From an archaeon CG10_big_fil_rev_8_21_14_0_10_43_11 (lineage in GTDB: Archaea; Nanobdellota; Nanobdellia; PEZQ01): a stretch of 32,000 nucleotides of DNA. The position numbers and the translations under genes were made by a program. Of this stretch, positions 8,133 to 16,209 are shown one piece after another (positions within the stretch are counted from its first letter, which is position 1; each line of letters starts with the position of its first letter). The DNA lies in NCBI GenBank assembly GCA_002763265.1, contig PEZQ01000007.1, forward strand, positions 1-32,000, read 5' to 3'. The notes below the pieces were generated by a model that was not told where the DNA came from, did not search any database, and saw nothing but the letters and a program-made list of their open reading frames with translations.

Positions 8133-8230
8133 CCAGCAAATAAGGAGTGATTATAAGCAGTGATGACAACCAAGCATTGTACCGCGCTTTTAAACCTTTT
8201 CTTATACCACGCACTATCACGGTTTAAACA

Positions 8231-9868
8231 TTAACTGACTCCGACAACAAAATTCTTTGGATTGACCTTTTTGTTTGGCCTGCTTGTAGCGCACAAAGAG
8301 CGCGGGAATCGCACGAACACGGGCTCAGGAAAGGTGTCATGGTCAAGAAGCGCAACACCCTTGTTGAGGCGCGTGATTGCGCGCACAAAATCATTTGGAT
8401 AATACCGATAAATCTCTGCGCTCAGCTCTTTTGCTTTAAGGCGCGTGAACACGCGCGTTGCCATGTTTTGCAGGATGTTATCATCAATCTGGCTTGGGTA
8501 TTGTTCTACGCCAAGAAGAGAGAGTCCTGCAAATCGTCCGCGCTCGGCAATGTTTTTTACTCCTGCTTTTACGCCGCTCAAAAAACTTTCAGAACCCATT
8601 GAACGGTGCGCGTACTTGCTTAATTCATCTACAAAAAACACAACGCGCTTGACACCGGTTTTTTCCTCTAAAACTTTTGTTTCCAGATACGATTTTACGT
8701 GCGAGAGGATTTTTTGAAAAATCATGCGCTGCGCAGTTGAGGTCATGAGCACATCATTTAAATCAAACGTGACAAATGTTTTTGGCTGAATCACGCTCAG
8801 TAAATCAGGAAACACTGATTTTTTGAAATTTTTATTGATAAATTTCTTGCTTGCAAGATTGCGCAAGTGCTTGATTGTTTTTCGAATGGTTGCTGCATGA
8901 TGGCTTCCGGGAACCCGTTTTTCATTATCTGCTGCTTCCTGCCACTCTTCGAGCAGGCGGATTGCGTCATCAAAATTCTCAATATCAGGCATTGACCCAA
9001 GATGTGAAACAAGAATGCGCGCGTTCTCATCGTCTTTACTCTCAGAAAAAAGCAGATTCAAATCATACTTAATATCTTTCCATGAGAGCGTGAAATCCTT
9101 TTCTTTACCATCTTTTCGAAGCGAAATCCCTGCGGGTGCAAACAACTGGAAATTCAGCCATTTCAAATCAGTCATGTTAAGCGCGCGCCACAAGCGCTCA
9201 TCTTCACTGGTAAGTTCCTCATTAACATAGTCAAGCCACAATAAGTCCTCACCCTTCACGTTAATGCCAATCACGCACACGTCATCCAAGTTTTTGAGTG
9301 CAAGAAGCGCGGCGTTAAGCGCCATATTGGTCTTAGCATAACCGGTTTGTCCGCCAATGTTGATGCCTTGCGCTTCTTTTCCAAACAAGTACTGGTCAGG
9401 AAGCAGGATAAGCGCGCTCTGTTCTGAAACGTTTCCTGTCGGCGTTGTTGAAAACCCAAGGGGAATGCCTTTGTCAGGCATGCCAAACGCGTATTTGACG
9501 CCGTGCGCGGTTGCAAGAAACACTTTTTTCTCACCAGACACGGGCCGCACGGTTCCGCTCAGCCAGCGCAGGATTTTTGCGCGCGCAGCCTGGCAAATAA
9601 AGCGGTCTGTTTTGCTCTCGTATTCTGCATCACCAAAATTGTGTGAAGCAAAGGCTTCAAGAGCGGAAGCATAATCCATGTTTTCAGAAACGCTCTCAAC
9701 AACAGCAAAACACACGTCCGTATCATCTTTGATGCCAATAACGCTTCCGGGCTCTAAGAACTTGACATTAGCGTCCTTGTGCACCCAGAAGTGGAAGTGC
9801 TCAACCGTACTTGACACACTCGACGCTGTTGAAAATGTTTTTCCCACAAGAATCTCTTCATTAAGCAT
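8231..9868 (-). CDS. herA: HerA-family (DUF87/FtsK-HerA superfamily) hexameric ATPase/helicase
   Basis: 545 aa. Walker A-like GGQTGYAKT, Walker B VVFFVDELSKYA, and the HerA-typical AERGRFAGLSLLGVEQYPSQIDDNILQNMATRVFTRL. It sits immediately downstream of a NurA-like gene, with mre11 and rad50 nearby. Confidence 0.8.
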   Translation of the reverse strand: MLNEEILVGKTFSTASSVSSTVEHFHFWVHKDANVKFLEPGSVIGIKDDTDVCFAVVESVSENMDYASALEAFASHNFGDAEYESKTDRFICQAARAKILRWLSGTVRPVSGEKKVFLATAHGVKYAFGMPDKGIPLGFSTTPTGNVSEQSALILLPDQYLFGKEAQGINIGGQTGYAKTNMALNAALLALKNLDDVCVIGINVKGEDLLWLDYVNEELTSEDERLWRALNMTDLKWLNFQLFAPAGISLRKDGKEKDFTLSWKDIKYDLNLLFSESKDDENARILVSHLGSMPDIENFDDAIRLLEEWQEAADNEKRVPGSHHAATIRKTIKHLRNLASKKFINKNFKKSVFPDLLSVIQPKTFVTFDLNDVLMTSTAQRMIFQKILSHVKSYLETKVLEEKTGVKRVVFFVDELSKYAHRSMGSESFLSGVKAGVKNIAERGRFAGLSLLGVEQYPSQIDDNILQNMATRVFTRLKAKELSAEIYRYYPNDFVRAITRLNKGVALLDHDTFPEPVFVRFPRSLCATSRPNKKVNPKNFVVGVS

Positions 9869-9914
9869 AACTTAGCTCGCCTAGGCCTGTGTGTGCAGTG
9901 GGCGTTATTAATCA

Positions 9915-10862
9915 TTATTGTAAAGCATCACGCAAGAAAACAGACACGAGCTGGATTGACGGAAGCTTTGATGACAAGAACTTCTCGCACACGCTAATAG
10001 GGTAGAGTTTTTTTCCGCTCTGATGCGTTTTCATGTCAAGAGGGAAGCGCTCAGAATGCACAAAACCCGCAAATGCGTTCACGTCGCTCACGCTCTGACA
10101 AATAGCGTGGGGCACTTCCACGCGCACAACTGAGTAGTACGGGTCTTTTTTTGGAAACAATTTCTGATAAAAAGAAACAACCGGTTTTGGGTCTTTGTCA
10201 TCGCCCATTCCAAGCGTGAACGCTCCTGTTCGCTGGCCGTGTTTGAGCGAATAAAACACGCTCTTGTCTGGCACGTAGAGTGATGCGTGGCGTTTTATCA
10301 CGCCAAGCACATTAAACCCCGGCGTGAAGACTTCAGGAAACACAAGCCTGCCGTCATACACAATGATTTCATCACTACCCACAATTTTAAGTGATTTTTT
10401 AAGAAGCGTGCGCTCCAAATTCTCACGAAGGCTTGAGGAACGCGCATAATACTCTAACGGGTTTTGGGCATCAACGCGTTCAATCGGCAATGTTGATTCA
10501 AAAGGTTTTGGACTGCTCGTAATAAATGAAGCGTGCATAAGCGGCTCGCCAAAGGGCGTTATTACGCCGTCTTTTCTTCGCATGATTGCTGCTCCTGAAA
10601 AATGCACAAACAATGGGTGCGTGTCAATCTCTCCAAGCATAAGCGTGCGCTGGATGCCATCAATAAAATACACTGACGAGAACTTTTTTGAATGGTGCGC
10701 AATATCAAACGTGCCCGTGTCAATGGTGGTTCGCACGCTTGCCTGCTTTTGAAACGGTAACGGGTCAGTGCGCTCTTCTTCCAAGAACAGGTCGTGACTG
10801 CCATGAAACCCTTCAAGGGATTCAACACTTTTTTTAATACCAAGAAATAATGACTTATCCAT
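9915..10862 (-). CDS. nurA: NurA-like 5'-3' nuclease
   Basis: 315 aa. Acidic motifs with NurA-like spacing: VYFIDG (D68), LRENLER (E147/E150), IIVYDGRL (D170), then VLGVIKRH. The gene lies 46 nt upstream of herA. Confidence 0.6.
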   Translation of the reverse strand: MDKSLFLGIKKSVESLEGFHGSHDLFLEEERTDPLPFQKQASVRTTIDTGTFDIAHHSKKFSSVYFIDGIQRTLMLGEIDTHPLFVHFSGAAIMRRKDGVITPFGEPLMHASFITSSPKPFESTLPIERVDAQNPLEYYARSSSLRENLERTLLKKSLKIVGSDEIIVYDGRLVFPEVFTPGFNVLGVIKRHASLYVPDKSVFYSLKHGQRTGAFTLGMGDDKDPKPVVSFYQKLFPKKDPYYSVVRVEVPHAICQSVSDVNAFAGFVHSERFPLDMKTHQSGKKLYPISVCEKFLSSKLPSIQLVSVFLRDALQ

Positions 10863-10906
10863 TCCCTTAATTGCACATATGTTTGATTAATAAAAAAAGT
10901 GGTGTT

Positions 10907-11818
10907 CTAGCTTCCAATATTCACTGCGCCCGCAAACTTGCACTCGCAAAATCCGTCCACGAGCTCACCATAATCAAACCCTTCATCAAGACAGAAATTG
11001 TTGCAGCGAGCGCGCCCTGACTGGAAAATCTCAATTGAGTATGATGAAAGAAATGTATCAATAAACGTTTGCGCGTGGGGATTAACTGCGTGCACAAATG
11101 AATAGTATGTGTACACGCCAAGCACTAAGAGAATAAAAAGAATAACCATCACGCGACCTGCCTGTTTTGCATACATGCTCCAGCGCTCACTCCATGACAC
11201 GCCAAAAACAAATCCAATCAAAAAACCAATCACGTGACCCAAATCCCCTGACAAAACGCCTTGCGCAATTGCGGTTTCAAGACTCAAAAAACTGTACGCG
11301 CCAATGAGGGCAAGCTGCACAATTGATGCAATAAGCACATCAACAAAAAAGGTAATCTTACTAAACGTGACCTCCTCTGTTTGTGTTGCAACCTGTGTCT
11401 TACCAAACACAAAGGAGTACGCGCGCGTTTTTTTAACAGCAAGCGGATTCATTACAAACGCAACTGCCATAATGGTAAAAATTGAGCCTGACGCGCCAAC
11501 CAGCAAGTTTGCACGACCATACGCAAGCGAGCTGAGCAGGAATGCTGCAGCCCCGCCAAAAAAGAACACAATTGCGTATTTTCGCACGCCAATCAAATCC
11601 TCAAGCAGGTTTCCTATAAAATAGAGCAGGCCAAGATTAATGAGTAAATGCATGATGTTTGCGTGCATGAAAAGTGCGGTTATTGCCACATACACCCTGC
11701 CTTCAAGAAAGTTTCCAAGACTGTAAAAAAAGTTTTTTGCAACAAACTCTGCGGGCAGGAATTGGGCAAAAACAAAGGTTAGCACGCACAAAATAACCAG
11801 TTTGTTTGTAAGCTTCAT
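10907..11818 (-). CDS. Rhomboid-family intramembrane serine protease with C-terminal Cys-rich tail
   Basis: HANIMHLLINL (HxxxN), GASGSIFTIMA (catalytic GxSG) and GHVIGFLIGFVFG (catalytic His helix). The tail is RARCNNFCLDEGFDYGELVDGFCECK. ATG 11818 is preferred over the GTG at 11860, which would leave only 10 nt for a divergent promoter. Confidence 0.8.
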   Translation of the reverse strand: MKLTNKLVILCVLTFVFAQFLPAEFVAKNFFYSLGNFLEGRVYVAITALFMHANIMHLLINLGLLYFIGNLLEDLIGVRKYAIVFFFGGAAAFLLSSLAYGRANLLVGASGSIFTIMAVAFVMNPLAVKKTRAYSFVFGKTQVATQTEEVTFSKITFFVDVLIASIVQLALIGAYSFLSLETAIAQGVLSGDLGHVIGFLIGFVFGVSWSERWSMYAKQAGRVMVILFILLVLGVYTYYSFVHAVNPHAQTFIDTFLSSYSIEIFQSGRARCNNFCLDEGFDYGELVDGFCECKFAGAVNIGS

Positions 11819-11837
11819 ACCCTGTGTAATGAGTAAG

Positions 11838-11856
11838 ATTAAAATATTTAAAAATA
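11838..11856. promoter_or_regulatory. Shared A/T block ATTAAAATATTTAAAAATA: back-to-back TATA boxes for two divergent near-leaderless genes
   Basis: This is the only A/T-rich element in the 52-nt spacer. Its centre is about 24-29 nt from both ATG 11871 (+) and ATG 11818 (-). Confidence 0.45.
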
Positions 11857-11870
11857 CCACCTAGAATAGT

Positions 11871-12149
11871 ATGAAACGGGGAATGTTAGCTACACTTATG
11901 GTACTCGTGCTTGCTACGCCTGTTCTTGCACAAAGCATTTTCGACTCGCAAACCCTTGACGGCGGTTTTTGGGAACCGGTTGGCGGAGAACTCGCCTACA
12001 CTAATGGGCTTGTCGTAGCGTACGGCTTTGCAGGAGGCGGATTTGTAGCAGTGCTTGTTGTCATTGTATTCGGTGGCTTTGTCTTTTACAAATACAAGTA
12101 CCAGAAAAAAGACCAGGCAACCGGCGAACTCGTGCGTTTTGGCAAATAA
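11871..12149 (+). CDS. Small secreted/membrane-anchored protein (signal peptide plus C-terminal TM)
   Basis: 92 aa. MKRGMLATLMVLVLATPVLAQS looks like a signal peptide. A Gly-rich TM, GGGFVAVLVVIVFGGFVFY, is followed by KYKYQKK. Confidence 0.55.
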   Translation: MKRGMLATLMVLVLATPVLAQSIFDSQTLDGGFWEPVGGELAYTNGLVVAYGFAGGGFVAVLVVIVFGGFVFYKYKYQKKDQATGELVRFGK

Positions 12150-12262
12150 GGCCAGTAAAAAGCGCAAAACAAGCAGTTTAAGAGCGTCAAAGATAACATG
12201 TGTTATACAGAACATAATTTCTTATATTATTCTGCCCATTCAAAACACACGGTGAGGAGGGC

Positions 12263-13447
12263 ATGAAGTTTTTACATTTCTCAGACACGCATATAGGTAA
12301 ACGCAACTTCAAACTTGAAGAGCGCGAAGGTGATTTTGAACGCGCATTTGAGCAATGCGTGAGTCTTGCGCTCGAAGAGCAGGTTGATTTTGTGATTCAT
12401 GCAGGCGACATGTTTGACATTGGCAGACCAAGCCACAAATCAATCGTGTTTGTTATCACCCAGCTCAAACGCCTTAAAAAACAAAATATCCCGGTATTCA
12501 CCGTTGCAGGAAGCCATGACATGAGTAAAGATGATACTGTGCTTTCTATTCTTGAAAAAGTCGGGCTGATTGTAAACCTGTCAAGCCAGCGCTTTTTTTC
12601 AGTGGAAAATGACAAGCTTGTTCTTGACGGGGTTGTAGTAGGTGACGCGTTTGTGTGCGGCGTTCCGGGACGACAAGCACAGATTAAAGACATTTTCAAA
12701 GCACTCACTATAAAAGAGCACCGCGCAGCGTACCGCGTGTTCGTATTTCACCACACTATCTCATCTATTTCTCCTGTGTTTGAAGACATTCCAACCGCGC
12801 TTTTGCCGCGCGGCTTTGATTATTACGCTGGCGGGCACTGGCACCTGCCGTTTGACGAACCGTATGACACGGGAATGATTGTGTATCCGGGCTCGCCTGA
12901 ATTTGTGGAACTCAAAGAAATGCGCCATGGCGGACTAAAGGGCGTGGTGCTTGTTGATACTAAGAAAAAAACGTTTAAGCGCATACCCCTTGCCACGCGC
13001 GACGTGCGTGTTGAGCGCGTTGACTGCACGAACATGCTTGCAGATGACGTAAATGAGAAGTGTTTTTCTCTTCTTAGCAAAAACCACGGAACCCTGCTTG
13101 TTATTGAAGTGCACGGCACACTGCGTGGAGGAACAAAAAGCGAGATTAACAAGTTTAACATCAATGAAGAAGCACAAAAACAAGGGTATTTGTATTGTAA
13201 TGTGCGTACTGCTGACGTGTTAAGCCCAAACCAGAGCGTGCGCGTACTCTCAGCAGGTAAAAGCCTTAAACTCATTGAAGCAGAGTACCTCACAAAAAAA
13301 GGGTATTTGCCACGCCAAATTGCTCTTGGGCAAAAAATCATTCAATCTCTTGGCGATTCAACAAAAAACGCGACGCAGATTCGTGATGCTCAAAAAGAAT
13401 TAGTAGAGGAAATTGACCGTGATACTTCGAACTATCGAATTAACTAA
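12263..13447 (+). CDS. mre11: Mre11 DNA double-strand-break repair nuclease
   Basis: Phosphoesterase motifs HFSDTHIG, HAGDMFD, AGSHD (canonical GNHD), VFHHT and GGHWH. A strong SD, GGTGAGGAGGG, lies directly upstream of the ATG. Confidence 0.88.
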   Translation: MKFLHFSDTHIGKRNFKLEEREGDFERAFEQCVSLALEEQVDFVIHAGDMFDIGRPSHKSIVFVITQLKRLKKQNIPVFTVAGSHDMSKDDTVLSILEKVGLIVNLSSQRFFSVENDKLVLDGVVVGDAFVCGVPGRQAQIKDIFKALTIKEHRAAYRVFVFHHTISSISPVFEDIPTALLPRGFDYYAGGHWHLPFDEPYDTGMIVYPGSPEFVELKEMRHGGLKGVVLVDTKKKTFKRIPLATRDVRVERVDCTNMLADDVNEKCFSLLSKNHGTLLVIEVHGTLRGGTKSEINKFNINEEAQKQGYLYCNVRTADVLSPNQSVRVLSAGKSLKLIEAEYLTKKGYLPRQIALGQKIIQSLGDSTKNATQIRDAQKELVEEIDRDTSNYRIN

Positions 13448-15431
13448 TATTCGCTCATACCTGCATGAGAGTATTGGCTTTGATAAAGGCATTACGGTTA
13501 TTACCGGGAGAACCGGCAGCGGCAAAAGCACTATTCTTATGAGCCTTGAATACGCGCTTTTTGGCAATGCAGCAAGCGTTTCTGGAAACGCCCTGCTTCG
13601 AAGAGGCGCGCACGAAGGAAGTATTCGTCTTGTGTTTGAACACGCGGGCCACGAGTACGTGGTTGAGCGGGGGCTTGTGCGCATCAAAGAAAAAGTAAGC
13701 TTCAACAAAGATTCGCTTGCGCTCTACAAAGACGGCGAGCGCGTGCCGGTTATCAGCAGGGTTCGCGACCTTGATGAAATGATTTGCGACATTCTTGGCT
13801 ACGACGCGGACGCAAACGCGTCTGAACTGTTTAGCGTAACCTCCTACACACGCCAGGATGAAATAAAAAAACTCATGACCCTCTCATCAGAAAAACGCCA
13901 GGAATTTATTGATAGCATCCTGCAACTTGCAAAATACAAGCTCGCATGGGTGAACATAAAAGACCTTGTTTCCCATTTTTCTCAGGAACTCAGCCGCATT
14001 GACGGCATGCTGAGCGCAAAAACGCGTCTTGAAGCAGAACAAAGCGAACTAATCGCAAAAAAAGAAAAAAAAGAAAAGGAGTATGCGCATGCAAAAGCAC
14101 GTCTTAGCGCATTGCAAAAAAAACAGAGCGAACACGAAAAAAAACACGCACGCACGCAAGAGCAGTATAGCGCGCTTAAAAAACAACAAGAACACGTGTA
14201 TCAAAAAAAAGCGCGCATACACAGTCTTGAAACACAACAAGACGCTATTGCAAAGCGCATTGATGAGATTGAAAAAAAACTGCCGGACCTTGAAATCATG
14301 GTTGCAAAAAGCGGGGCGCACGAATTTGACCTACTGTTAGAAAACAAAAGTAAAACCCACGCACTACTAGAAACAAAACAAGAACACGCCAAAAAAGCAG
14401 AAGAAGAAGAAAAGCGTATTCGCGCTCTTGGCATTGGGGCGTGTCCAGTATGCAAGCAAGAGGTCAAACATGAACATGTTTTGCAGGTTTCACATGAATA
14501 CGCTATTACTCTTGAACAATTGCACAAAGAAATTGACGCACTCTCACAAAATCATGAACACCTTGCAAAACGTGTTGAAAACGCACGGGAAGGGGTGCGC
14601 GCAAAACAAGAACAAGACGCGCTAGAAGCGCAAAAACACGAGCTTGCAACAGAACGCACGCACAGGTTAGATGAACTTGCAACGCTACATGCTGAGGATG
14701 ACAAGGGCGTGTCTGAAAAAAACATGCACGAGCTTGAAGCAGAACGTGAAGCATGCATTGCGCGCGCAAACCAACTGAGCACAGAACGCGCACAGCTTGA
14801 AACACAGAGCGCGTACTTGCTTGAAGCAATAAGCGAACATGAAGAACAGATTAAACAAAAAAAAGCAGAACAAGCACAGATTAGCAAGCAAGAAGCGCAA
14901 CGAAAACAGGTGAGCAACGTGTGCGTGTTTCTCTCAAATCTTCGAGAAGATGTGCGCAACATTCGTGAAGTTGTTCGCGACACCTTTCTAGACGCGTTTA
15001 AAGTTGAGTTTCACAAATACTTTGAGGAATTGCGCCGTTTTGAAGAAGAATACACCGTTGATGTGAAAACCGATTACGAACCAGTAGCGTACGCAACAGA
15101 CGGGCTTGAAGTCAGCATTAACGCGCTAAGCGGAGGGGAGAAAACAAGTGTTGCACTCTCGTACCGGCTTGCACTTGCCTATATTGCTGCAGAATTAGGC
15201 GGGGTGTCACAAAGTGAACTTCTCATTCTCGACGAGCCAACGGTTGGTTTTGACAGTGAAGATGTGCGCTTACTTCCTGAAATCCTTCAAAGCATTCGCA
15301 TACCCCAAATCATTATTGTAACGCATGAAGAAGAACTCAAAACCGCTGCTGACGTGAATTATATTACGAACAAAAAAGCAGGCGTGACCCGCATTTCTGC
15401 TCAAGAATTTCAACACCTTCCTGGAAGGTGA
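13419..15431 (+). CDS. rad50: Rad50 ATPase (short coiled-coil version with CPVC zinc hook)
   Basis: Walker A GRTGSGKST, zinc hook GACPVCKQ, signature LSGGEKTSVALSYRLAL, Walker B LLILDEPTVGFD and H-loop IIIVTHEE. GTG 13419 gives MILRTIELTNIRSY; the track start is TTG 13413. It overlaps the mre11 3' end. Confidence 0.9.
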   Translation: MILRTIELTNIRSYLHESIGFDKGITVITGRTGSGKSTILMSLEYALFGNAASVSGNALLRRGAHEGSIRLVFEHAGHEYVVERGLVRIKEKVSFNKDSLALYKDGERVPVISRVRDLDEMICDILGYDADANASELFSVTSYTRQDEIKKLMTLSSEKRQEFIDSILQLAKYKLAWVNIKDLVSHFSQELSRIDGMLSAKTRLEAEQSELIAKKEKKEKEYAHAKARLSALQKKQSEHEKKHARTQEQYSALKKQQEHVYQKKARIHSLETQQDAIAKRIDEIEKKLPDLEIMVAKSGAHEFDLLLENKSKTHALLETKQEHAKKAEEEEKRIRALGIGACPVCKQEVKHEHVLQVSHEYAITLEQLHKEIDALSQNHEHLAKRVENAREGVRAKQEQDALEAQKHELATERTHRLDELATLHAEDDKGVSEKNMHELEAEREACIARANQLSTERAQLETQSAYLLEAISEHEEQIKQKKAEQAQISKQEAQRKQVSNVCVFLSNLREDVRNIREVVRDTFLDAFKVEFHKYFEELRRFEEEYTVDVKTDYEPVAYATDGLEVSINALSGGEKTSVALSYRLALAYIAAELGGVSQSELLILDEPTVGFDSEDVRLLPEILQSIRIPQIIIVTHEEELKTAADVNYITNKKAGVTRISAQEFQHLPGR

Positions 15432-16209
15432 TAAAACGCGCGCCACGCTCTTTAGCATACGCAATAAGTGCTTCAAGATTTTCTCGCGTGTAGGTTCCTG
15501 CAGGCGTAGTGTACGCTTCAAAACCTGCCACTCCAGAAAGCGGGACAAGCTCCCAGGGGTGGAGTGAAACAACAACAAACACGTGCGTATTGTTTTTTTG
15601 ACGCGCAAGGGTTTTGTCATACACATCAGTCCACACTAACGGATAGGTTGTGGAAGGATAAAAAAGAGGGGCTGATGTGATGCGAGTCAGGTTTGTTCCT
15701 GCAACAAGCATGGGGTATTCGCGGTCGTGGGAACCCTCACTGGTCATGCCTTGTTCGCTCAAGACGCGCAACAAAACGTCGGTTGTGTACTGGTAGGGTG
15801 CGCGAAAACAGGTGATGCGAACACCACTTGCGTTCTTGATTTCATCAATGGTTTTTACCACAATGTCGCGCGTCTGCTCATAGGAAAGACCAGTAAAGTT
15901 TTCATGCTCGTATGCATGACCGCACAACTCATGACCCTCTCGCGCGAGCGAGCGAACAAGCTCAGGGTATTCGCGCGCAACATTGCCCGTAACAAAAAAG
16001 GAAGCGCGCACGCCCTCGTGCAAAAGCAGTGCGCGAAGATAATCTAATCCCTCAGTGAGTCCTTTTGTGGTGTTAAGAACAGGCACGAGGTCTCTTTCCG
16101 TATCAATGCTTATAAGCACGTACTCGCGCGTAGCAGGCAGGTTCTCCACAAAGGAGAGCAAAATAAGGATGATTGTCAGCGTGACAAAACTTATGTTATA
16201 CCTATCCAT
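15364..16209 (-). CDS. Membrane-anchored polysaccharide deacetylase (carbohydrate esterase family 4)
   Basis: N-terminal TM ISFVTLTIILILLSFV. CE4-like motifs ISIDTERD, GHAYEH (HxxxH-type) and FRAPYQ (RxPY). Confidence 0.75.
   Translation of the reverse strand: MDRYNISFVTLTIILILLSFVENLPATREYVLISIDTERDLVPVLNTTKGLTEGLDYLRALLLHEGVRASFFVTGNVAREYPELVRSLAREGHELCGHAYEHENFTGLSYEQTRDIVVKTIDEIKNASGVRITCFRAPYQYTTDVLLRVLSEQGMTSEGSHDREYPMLVAGTNLTRITSAPLFYPSTTYPLVWTDVYDKTLARQKNNTHVFVVVSLHPWELVPLSGVAGFEAYTTPAGTYTRENLEALIAYAKERGARFITFQEGVEILEQKCGSRLLFCS

Noticed and set aside
8159-8238. C/D box sRNA (GTGATGA at 8160-8166 as the C box, CTGA at 8235-8238 as the D box)
   Set aside because: I found no internal D'/C' boxes and no terminal stem. 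The 79-nt spacing is long for archaeal C/D sRNAs, and the putative D box lies inside the herA stop region. It is kept only as a weak possibility within the spacer finding.
8231-10862. HerA/NurA-like pair as an anti-phage defence module (HerA-associated defence systems)
   Set aside because: mre11 and rad50 are immediately adjacent in a divergent arrangement. There are no Sir2, DUF4297 or other effector domains. The simplest reading is the housekeeping archaeal end-resection machinery.
14040-14330. A-rich homopolymer runs (e.g. AAAAAAGAAAAAAAAGAAAAGG) considered as a repeat element or slippery frameshift site
   Set aside because: They encode the Lys/Glu/Gln-rich Rad50 coiled coil in an uninterrupted frame. 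There is no evidence of a frameshift or of a repeat unit beyond codon-level bias.
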